Below are positions 30,626 to 41,300 of a stretch of DNA of 64,000 bases, piece by piece. Position numbers and translations under genes: made by a program. The DNA is taken from IMG/VR virus record IMGVR_UViG_3300002026_000014, positions 16,724-80,723 of that record; one strand, written 5' to 3'. A model generated the notes under the pieces. The model ran no database searches and had not been told where the DNA came from. It was given only the letters and a program-made list of their open reading frames with translations. Source of the stretch: a virus (taxonomy: Duplodnaviria > Caudoviricetes). Each line of letters starts with the position of its first letter. Position 1 is the stretch's first letter.

Positions 30626-32242
30626 TTAACCAGTTAAATTTTGTAATAAATATTTGACTGTATCTGTTTCTAAATTAGCAATAAATTGACCATCGGTACC
30701 AATGTATGCAATTTTAGATTTGAAAAAGTCGTTAACTTCTTTTATAGCTTCATCTGAATATGCTACAGTGCAACTTGATGTATCTCCGTCAAAGTCAGCA
30801 TTCAATCCAGATAATCTGCAAGAATGCGGCGACAAAGAATTAAAAAAATCAGAATCAGTAGGAAATTCATAAGCGATTCTATCTTCACCTAATGGTTCCC
30901 AGTCATCACCTAATTCTTTTCTGACTTCAGATTTGATAGTAGATTTTAAACGTAAGTGGCTCGGATAAATAGAGCCCGGTCCTAAGATAGGATAACGAGT
31001 TACATAACCTGGGTATTTATTTGCAATATGGTAAATTGAGCAATAAAACAAAAGAGCCATTGTAATAGGACTGCAATCTTCTTTTAATCTACCTTCGGGT
31101 AGATCATCTATACCGTGTATTAATTTAAAAGTGTTATCAGGTCCTTTATATATTAGACCTAAATAATTACCATTCACTTTAACAGGGTTTGATCTTACAC
31201 TGGGTTCTTTAAAAGTACCGATGTAGTTATCTAAGCCTTCGTTTGTCATCCACTCATTATAGATATCAGCCTTGAGCTCAACTCTTTCAGATTGAAGAGT
31301 TTTAATATTTGTTAATAAAGCTGGTGCACCAACATCTGTAAATACTTTAGATAAAAATCCAGTTTTTAAATAATACCTAGACACTGGTAACATTGCTTTC
31401 ATGCATTGATATATACCAATATCTGTATTGTTAATATCCACATTGTTAGGCGCATTTAAAAAATCACTAGTGGTATTCATACTCGTGATCACATTACGAG
31501 TACCGTTGAATACTTTTCTACTGGCCCATTTACCCATTAACAAATTTTTCTTACCTTCAACAATAGCTAAAATATAATCATATATTTCTAAGAATGTATT
31601 TTGCAAAGACACTCTTTGACTATTATAAGCTTCTGGTGACACTTTCACAGTCGATGGATTTATTGTATTAGATATAGCTATTAGTTTATAATACAGTTTA
31701 TTGATTTCATCAGAAGTCTCTCTTCCGCTATCATCTACTTCCATGTCTCTATACGCCGCTGGCATAACAATTACTTTGTCTGTCAGTGCGACGTCTTTAA
31801 ATTTTTCAATCATGAGAATATTTTGTTCTCTCATGATACTAGGTCTTTGAGTGAAGACAATCTTACGCCAATGTTCTACGAAAAACTCAAAACCAGTGTA
31901 TCCTTCTAACGCATTAGATTTAACGAAATCATTAATGTCGGCATCCCAAATAGCAAACTCTTTACTGTTTATTATTTCACCGTAAAGACTTTTTAATTGC
32001 AAAAGAGCATTGTAAATTGTTGGATGAAATATAGCTATTTTTAAGTTAATGTAACCATATCTAGACGACCTTGCTTCACTTCCAACAGTTCCAAATGTGA
32101 GCGTCGAATATAATCCTTCTGGATGGAAATTTTTAGTTAATGAAACATATGTATCCAGTGATGTAATTGCCCTAATATTGTTAGTGACATTAGGTGTCAT
32201 TTGGAGTATATCCAAATTAAATGGAATTTTTGATGTGTTCAA
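30626..32242 (-). CDS. Virion RNA polymerase beta'-like catalytic subunit (phiKZ gp180-like)
   Basis: Catalytic LNADFDGDT; KWASRKVFNGTRNVIT; TRYP. Confidence 0.95.
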   Translation of the reverse strand: MNTSKIPFNLDILQMTPNVTNNIRAITSLDTYVSLTKNFHPEGLYSTLTFGTVGSEARSSRYGYINLKIAIFHPTIYNALLQLKSLYGEIINSKEFAIWDADINDFVKSNALEGYTGFEFFVEHWRKIVFTQRPSIMREQNILMIEKFKDVALTDKVIVMPAAYRDMEVDDSGRETSDEINKLYYKLIAISNTINPSTVKVSPEAYNSQRVSLQNTFLEIYDYILAIVEGKKNLLMGKWASRKVFNGTRNVITSMNTTSDFLNAPNNVDINNTDIGIYQCMKAMLPVSRYYLKTGFLSKVFTDVGAPALLTNIKTLQSERVELKADIYNEWMTNEGLDNYIGTFKEPSVRSNPVKVNGNYLGLIYKGPDNTFKLIHGIDDLPEGRLKEDCSPITMALLFYCSIYHIANKYPGYVTRYPILGPGSIYPSHLRLKSTIKSEVRKELGDDWEPLGEDRIAYEFPTDSDFFNSLSPHSCRLSGLNADFDGDTSSCTVAYSDEAIKEVNDFFKSKIAYIGTDGQFIANLETDTVKYLLQNLTG

Positions 32243-32284
32243 TTGAATATATCCTTTTTAATATTTTTAATATACAACCTATGA

Positions 32285-32318
32285 GGGCTATTAAATTAGT
32301 TAGCTCATTTAATAGCCC
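32285..32318. promoter_or_regulatory. Inverted repeat in divergent intergenic region
   Basis: GGGCTATTAAAT...ATTTAATAGCCC between RNAP beta' and gp181-like starts. Confidence 0.45.
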
Positions 32319-32349
32319 AAAAAAATAATTTTAATTAGAAGGATTTCTG

Positions 32350-35300
32350 ATGAAAAAAGGTACAGTGAAACAAAATAATATCGATAATGACTTTGATCTA
32401 AACAGTGATTTAGACATGGGTGATTTTGATTTTGAACTAGAGCCTCCTAAAGATGACAGAAAACCTATTATAAAATTAGGCGCTGGATTTATAGAAGGAG
32501 CTAAGTCAGGTATAAGAGATACCTCGTTTTTAAAGAAAACACTCAAAGACGTATTACCTAAAGGTTTTGGCGATACATTAGATATGTCTGATAAAGTAGG
32601 TCAAAATATCAGAGGTATTTATGATGACAGTGTTAAAGAAATCAAACCAGCCATTAAAGATTTTAAACGAGTAGCTGCTAAACTAGTTCCCAAAGACTCA
32701 TCTTTTGTTCCGAAAAAAGTATCGGATATGATAAAAAGATGGGAAGAGGAAGCTAAAAGTAATGACAGAGATGGCACTGCTAGTAAAGATTCTCAAAGAG
32801 AAGATTTCCTAAACATACAATTAACCGAAGCCTTTAAAGAACAGTTTACTCAAGCAGCCAAAGATAGAGGTGAAGATGCTGCAACAACAAAACTACAACA
32901 AGGTTTAGAGTTAACGAGACACCGTGATTTATTTGGGGCGGTTAATCAATCTAATTTATTTCTATCTAGATTAGATAACTATCAAACTAACATTACTCTA
33001 AAATATCAAAAGAAATCTTTAGAGGTTCATTACAGACAACTGTTTGCTACTCAAGATATTTTAGAAGAAACAAGAAAGAGTTTTGCACTTCAAACAACCT
33101 CGTTTGAAAAAATAGTTAAAAATACAGCTCTGCCTGATTTTGTTAAAATTAATAATTCTGAATTTAGAAACCAAGTATTTAAAAATAAGTTTTATGAATC
33201 TATTCAGAGAGGTCTATTTGGCGGTAAAGATGACTTTATTGAGAAAATATTTAAAAATATAAAAGAAAAAGCCAAAGAAAAAGTAAGTAGTTTTACTAAT
33301 GATTTCAGAATGGGACTCTCCGGTGCTGAAATGGGCACCGACTCACTTGAATCAATGAAAGATATGGGTGGTCCGGGCGGTGTTGAGATGGCTGGAAGTT
33401 TAGCCGGAAGTCTTGGCGCTCAAACTGCTGGTGGATGGCTTGCGAAAAAAGTAGTTAAACCTTTTTTAGATAAAAATCAAGGTGTGCAAGATACTTTTAA
33501 TAAAGCAGGAAGATATGTTAATAATGCTGGCAGACATCTAACAGACTTTAAAAATAGCGATAAGTACCAAGATACGTATGATCCAGATCAACCGTTAGCT
33601 TCTAAAATGAAGAATGGGTTATTTAGATTCATTCAAGATATTTTACCAGGTCAAGGTATTGAGACTACCATGGATAAAGTTGGTAGTAAAGACATGGACT
33701 CACCGTATGTAATTACGAGGAGAACAGATAAATCTTTAAATGAAGTCATACCTGGGTATTTAGCAAGAATTCTAAGAGAAGTACAAGTAATTAGAACAGG
33801 TAACAATGATGTTGAATTAACAAAGTTTGATTTTGATTCTAGTAAATTTATATCTGCTAGTCAATCTCTACTCAATGCAAAAAATATTCTTATTCCTAAG
33901 AAAGCAATAAACCACACTGCTAAGAGTGTAGACGAGTTATTAAATCAAGTGGATCCCAGTGGGACAAAGTTAACTGAAAATTTAAGAACTCAAATAAAAC
34001 AAACTTTATTAAGTAATGATCCTGCTAATAGTAAAATGAGTGTATCATCGCTCATTGATAAAATGGATCCAAAGAAATTATTAAAACCGGAATTAAGGAA
34101 ACTCTTAGAGAAAATATTAGTTTCCAAATCATCCAACGCATCTGGTGTAAATGAAAGTTTAGATGAATTAATGGAAATGCTTGATTCGGGTAAATTATCT
34201 AAATCAGCAAGAGCCGAGTTAAAAAAGAAATTATTAGATAATAGCGTATCTAATAAAGGTGCTAATAAAGGTAATTTAGCCAAACGTTCAGGTTACAGTT
34301 CCGAACATGCAAGTGAAATATCTTCTCACATGGAAGAATATTTTTCGAAAGTCAGTAAAACCGATTTAGAGAAATTTGAAGATAAACACAATTCTATTAA
34401 AAACAATTTTCCAGATCCTAGAACATACATGCAGGAGATGATAAATCTAGGCAGGGGTGACGAACTTGAAGAAATGGGTCTGCTAAATGAAGACGGTGTT
34501 ACTTTCAATACATCTAAATATTTAGAATATTTCAGAGGATCTAAAGACTTAGGTGAAACAACTCCAACACCAACGACTGGTAAAAGAAAGAAGAAAAGAA
34601 AACTAGTTAGGTCAGACATTAGTGCAAAGAAAGATTTTAAGAAATTTAATGGTAAATCCGCATTGGACGCCATTAAGAAAACATTAATTTCTGCATGGAA
34701 TTATAAAGACGGTAAAGGTGATGGCGGCTCACATGTGGGCCCTATGGCACAAACAGTTAATAAGACTATGGGTGAAGACGCTGCACCTGGATCAGATAAA
34801 ATTGATTTAGTAACAATGAACGGCATGACAATGTCAGCCATTCAAGAATTAGATAAGCGTCAACAAAAAATAGGTAATGGTAAAGTATCTGGAAAAGTTA
34901 GAAATTCAGATAAGCCAAATAATAATTCATTAGATAATCATTTGTTAAGCATAAGGTGCTTATTAGAGGAAATTAGAGATACTAGTAAAGCAAGTATTAG
35001 CATTGCATTAGGTGGCATTCCTAATTTCTCTTCCGATGTTGATTTTAGTAAATTTAATGTAAACGGGTTTAACGTAAATAAATTTAAAACCTGGTATAAT
35101 TCAAACAGAGATAAAGCAATAAAAGCAGGTGAAAAAGCTAAACAAACATTTGATGACACTATTCCAGGTATGTTATCGAGATGGATGTACAATGGCGCTG
35201 AAGGCACAGGTAAAGCTTATAATTACGCTAAAGATAAAACAGTGACTGGTACTAAAATAGCGACTGAACAAATAGGTAAAGCAGCTAAAGCAACTAAAGA

Positions 35301-38300
35301 AAAAGCAATAAAAACATTTACTAAAACACAAGCTTGGTACGAAAATGACATTTACGATATTTGGAGAGAAGGTGAAGATAAACCTAGACTCTATGCTATT
35401 AGAATATCGCACGGTGCTTATGTGAATTTGAAAACTGGTAAAGCAATTTATCATCAAAGAGAAATCACTGGACCTATTGCTGACGCTAATAATTTATCTA
35501 GAATTTTAATTAGTGAAGAAGATCTTCCTTTTCTCTACACTAGAAATCCAAAATCTTTAGTTAAAAGAGCATTTAAAGCTTCTAAAGATTTCACAGTCGA
35601 CACCTTTAATAAAGCAAAAGATAAAATTAACGAGTATACACCGTCAGTTATAAAGTTTGCAAAAGAACTAGTTGAAGGTGCTTGGAGTAATACAAAATTA
35701 GTAGTTAATAAAGCTTATTCGTTTATTGACTCACCTGTAGACATTTATGTCAAAGGTGATACGTTACCTACGCTTCTTGCTGTTGTCATGAAAGGCGGAG
35801 GTTATTTTTCCTGTATGACTAATAAACCAATTATTCGTCCTGGTGAAATTGACGGTCCCGTTAAAGGTGTGGATGGTAATATTATTTTAACATTGGATCA
35901 TATTAAAAAAGGTCTAGTGGATCATTTAGGTAATCCGCTTAAAACACCTTTAGATAAGATAAGAAATCTTTTAAGTGACACTTTAGATGGTGGGATACGT
36001 TTAGGTAACTTAGCTTGGGAAGGTGTAAAAACTTTTGGTAGAAAAGCTTCTAAAGCATTGGGTTCATTGTTTAGTGAATTCTCTATTGAAATTAACGGCA
36101 AAAAAAGTTTAGGTGTGTTAGAACAAATCAGAGATTTACTTTACAACAAGTACAAAAGATACATACCTAAGTCTTCTAAGCAAACAGATAACAAAACAAA
36201 TAGTGAATTAAAAACAACGTCATCAAAACCTACTGAGTTAGGAAGTAAAGTACAAGCTAGAGCAATGAATGCACTAGAGGTTGTAAAAGACGTTGCAAAA
36301 GATATCTACGTTCAAGGTGAAACTTCTCCACGTATATTAGATTTCAAGCTAAAATTAGGACATTATAAAGACGCTATCACCAACATAACCATTACTGATT
36401 TAAAAGACATTATTAATGATGTCAAAGATGAAGCAGGTAAAGTGGTTTTAAGTGCTACTGACTTAACTAAGCTTGCTTATTACGATGTTAAAGCCAACGT
36501 TTATAAAAAACTAGAGTTAGCCAAGAATAGTAAAATTTTAAGTGATTTGAAAAACACTGCTGCTAAAGCAGCTAATTTACTACCACCATCTACACAAGGT
36601 GCGATATCCTCAGCTATGAATAAAGCAAAGGATGCTCTAACTAACGCTAAAGATAAAGTGATGGATGTGTATGCTAGTGCATCAGCTGATCCAGTTTTAT
36701 ATGCATCTAAATTAGCGCAAGGTCTATACAGAGACAAAGAAACTAATGGAGTCATTACTCATCAGAGCCAGATCACTGGTGAAGTGGTGGATGAAAATAA
36801 TAACACAGTCATCACAAGAGAAGATTTGCCTAAATTATCTACATTCTCAATTGAGAGTGGTAGATTTAAACCATTAAAATTAATTGGTAGAGGCATCATG
36901 GCTATCGTGAAACCATTATGGTACTATCAAACTAAGATAGCTCCTAAAATGGTGGCATGGAATTTTAAAATGATCGGTAAAGCTTTAAAGTTAGGTGGTA
37001 AAATAATTAGTGGGGCTTTGGGTTTAGGTAAAGGTAAATGCAGAGATGTGTTTGTCGGTGAAGAAAAAGAACCTCGGTTATACGCCACTAAACTAGAACT
37101 CGGTCATTATAGATTAAAAGACAGTAATAAAGTTATTTTTCATCACACTGATATCACTGGTGAAGTGGTGGATGAAAATGATCAGGTGAAATTGTTTGAT
37201 GAAGATCTAGATAATTTAAAAGTTTATAATTCTATTCTTAGAGTTTTTAATCCATTTAAATTAATAGGTTGGGTTGGTAAAAAAATAGGACAAGGAACGG
37301 TTTGGTTCCAAAAGAAAATGTTAGGTTTATCTAAATCTATTTTCAAAGGAATAGGTTGGGTTGGGAAAAAAGTAATTACTGGAATTGTTAACTACATGAG
37401 TAAGCCGGGTGATGTGTATGTCATTGATCGGCCAAAATCACCTGCACTCAGGGGTGAGTTAATGAAAGCAGGTGAATACATATCTTCTGTTTCCAATAAA
37501 ATAATTTCTAAAATTAGTGACATTGATGGTGAAATTAAGAATGTGGAAACAGGTGAAATTGTTCTCAGTGAAGAAGATATTAAGAAAGGTTTAATTAATA
37601 GTCAAGGTAAACCTATCAAACTCACGTTGCTTAAATTCATTGGAAGCATGTTAGGTAAACTCAACAGAGCTTTTAGCATGAAAGTGGCATTAAAGGGTAA
37701 ACGCGTTGGCGGCCCAGCTGTGCCTAAACGTGAGAGTAGCAAAGCTAAACTACTAAGTACACCTGAAGAGAAAACCGCTTCTTATACTGAAAAAACAGTA
37801 AATGTTCTTCAAGACATGTTAGCTGTCTTGAAAAGGAAATTTGAACCTAAGAAAATTCTAGGTGATAAAGACGGTGACGGTATCAGAGAAAACTCTTATG
37901 AAGATATCATGAGAAAGAAAGGTTTTCTCACTGCGAGTAAGGATAAGGATAAAACAGCAAATAAAGCATTACCAACAAAAGCTAAAACTGATGAAAGTAA
38001 ACCGGGATTTTTAGGTGGACTCTTCAATAAAATTTTTGGTAAAAAAGAAGATGTTGCTGAAGAAAGTTTAGACGAATTATCACAGATTAAAAAGATATTA
38101 TTGAAAATAGCTATATCCGGTGGTATGGGTGGAAAATCCAATATACCTGATTTACCTGATGGTCCTGATGGTAAAAAGGGTAAAGCTGGTAAAGTGAGTA
38201 AATTAGCCAAATATGCAAAATGGGGCGGTCGTGCACTCGGTGTAGGTGGTACTGCGTTGGCTGGATATAGCGCTTACCAAAATATCAAAGAAGGTAACTA

Positions 38301-41300
38301 TGGTGATGCTGCTATAGATGCTGCAACTGGTGTAGGTACTGCTGTAGCAGGTAGTGCACTTGCTGGTGCAGGTACAGGTGCATTAGCAGGTACAGGCGCG
38401 CTTGCTGGCGCTTCTGCTGGCGCTATGGGTACGCTAGGTGCTATTGGTACTGGTGCAGCTGCCATAGGTTCCGGCTTACTTGCTGTAATAAGTTCACCAG
38501 TTGTATTGGCAGCTGGCGCAGTAGCTTTAACAGGATACGGTTTATACAGAGGTTACAAGTATCTCAAAAACAGAAGTCAATCACCGTTTGATAAGATCAG
38601 GTATGCTCAATACGGTTTCGATAGAAACAAGCCAGAACATGCCAGTAAAATATTGCAACTAGAAGCATACTTAATGGATTTAGTTGAAATAAATAACGGT
38701 AGCGCTTCTATCAAAGAAGAAAAACTCGACGTTGAAAAATGTTTATCACCATTTGAATTAGATCATAAAAATTCGGATGATGTAAATTTATTCTTTGATT
38801 GGTATAGAAGACGTTTTAAAGCAGTGTATTTAACACATGTAACTGCACTGTTCGCTATCAACAAGAGTAAAGATTTAACCTCAGACATGAGTTTAGATGA
38901 TAGCGAAAAAAAGACATTTATAAATGCAATTCGTTTCCCAAATGGACCCTACAGTGAAACATGTATGCCGTTGAAAGATTTAGGTGCAAATTACAAATGT
39001 TCCAATGGTAAAGATGTTTCAGAAGTCATAGAAGAAGTTATCAAAGAATTGAAACTAGATAAACCTAAAGATGATAAAAAAGTAGAGGTTGTAGGCGCGG
39101 CTACTAAAGCTGCTATGGACAATCAAAACGATAATGCTAATCCAACAGGGGATCCTAGGCTACTCAATAACGGTTCTTTAAATAGCAATGATGATAAGTT
39201 AAAACTACCTAACGGTACAATGGCTGCACAGTCCAGTGTTAATAAAAACATGTTATTGGGAAATGATAAAGCTACTGCATTAGATGCTGTGAAATATAAA
39301 GCATACGGTTTAGTTGAATTAGATGCTGATAAAGTAAGAGCATTGAAACAGTTAGAAGCCGAAGTTTTACCAACAGTTGTTTACTCTAGTGGTAATATAG
39401 CGAGTTGGGACGGTAACCCAATAAAGATATTAGATAAGCTAGCGGGCGCTTACGGTATTGGTGACATATACAGTAAAGAAGCGGGTAACTGGATATTTTG
39501 GTTTAGAAATAGATTCTTACCTGTTTATCTAGGTTATCTGACAGGCTACGCAGTTCTTACAGGTAAAACAAGTTCTGGTCAAGGAAACGATTTAATCAAA
39601 CCTGTAAACCAAATAGATTTAGCTAAAATTTTAGCTGGATTATCAGGCATTTGGTCAGTAATTAAATCACCGTGGCCAGATTATAAACTCAATACGGATT
39701 CTTCTTCTACTAAAGACAACATTGAATTTTTAATCAGTGTTGCTAAAGATATCAAACTCGAAGAAGAAAAGAAAACATATACACCAACTAAAGAAACTGA
39801 AAAGTTAACACCACCTAAAGAGACTAATAATTTAAATATCAAAAAAGTGGAAGATACTAAACAAGTAGCTTCAGTTGATGCCGGTGAACAAAAACCGAAA
39901 GATGTACCAGCGAGTTCTAGTAGCATGGGTCCCACTCCAAAAACTCCACCGATGGCCGATGGTGAAAGATTGGATGGTAAGAATGCATTGACAGCAGTTA
40001 AATTTGCTAAAGGTGCTACTCTGAATAGAACAAACCCAGCGTTGACTAAGTTGTTCTACGGAATGGTGCAAGAGTATAATGAGAAAACACATAAAACTGT
40101 AGGCGTAAATAGCGGTTATAGGACACGTGAACAACAAGAAGCTGAATACGCTAAAGATCCAAGCAAAGCAGCAAAACCAGGAACCAGTTTACATGAATAC
40201 GGATTAGCTATTGATGTAAATTCTAAAACGTTAGATGAAATGGAAGAAATGGGTTTGATGAAAAAGTATGGCTTGACCAGACCAGTGGGCGGTGAGCCAT
40301 GGCATTTGGAGCCAGCCGGTATTCAGACACGTGCTGATCTTTTTAGAAATAACCCTAGCAGTGCTACAGTGGCAATTGATGAAGGTGTAGGTAGAGGCGG
40401 TGGTGGCATGGGTACATTACCCGGAACAGCACATACTCGTAACACACAGTACGCAATGAAATTGTTAGGTGCGCCTGTTGATGCTTATCTTAAGACACAG
40501 ATAACAAAAGACATTGATAAGAGAGCACTTAAAACGCCGGTTAATGATAAAGCAACAGAAGTCGCTAAGTCAGATAGCAAACAGGGTAAACCAGATGCAG
40601 GTAAATACGATTCACCTAAAGTAGATACACCTGTGTCAGGTGAAAATAAACCAGCACCAGTTACTACAGCTGGACAATCTGATTTATCAAAGAAAGAAAA
40701 ATTACCTAGTGACCCATCAGTAAAAATACCTGAACCAACCGGTCCAGGTTTTGAAGGGTTGAAAGCTACAGTTGAAGCTGCTGCAAAAATGGTAGGTGTA
40801 GATCCTAAATTAGCGCTAAGTACAGTGGCTATTGAATCTAACTTTAACCCTAATGCGAAAGCTAAAACATCTAGCGCAAGTGGTTTGTATCAATTCACTA
40901 ATAGTACATGGAATGAATCTTTAGCAAAACACGGTAGTAAGTATGGTTTAGATCCAAACACATCTGTGTTTGAACCAAAAGCAAATTCTATCATGGGTGC
41001 TCAGTTCATTAAAACGAATACTCAGAGTTTAACAGGTAGGGTAAAAAGAAATATTGGTCCGACAGAGACTTATATAGCTCACTTTTTAGGTGCAGGTGGA
41101 GCTGCAGAGTTCTTAGGTGCACTAGAAAATAACCCTGATCAATTGGCAGCTGAGTTAATGCCGGCAGCAGCTAAAAGTAACAGCAGTATCTTTTACGATA
41201 AAGGTAGACCTAGAACTGTCAGTGAAGTGTTCACTTTACTTGATAATAAGGTAAGAGAAAAAGCTAAGATTTACGGAGTTGAAATGCCACCGGTAAACGG

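Noticed and set aside
26293-32242. Possible introns, inteins or homing endonucleases in the RNAP genes
   Set aside because: Both ORFs are continuous with no intein or HNH motifs seen, and only 4 nt separate them.
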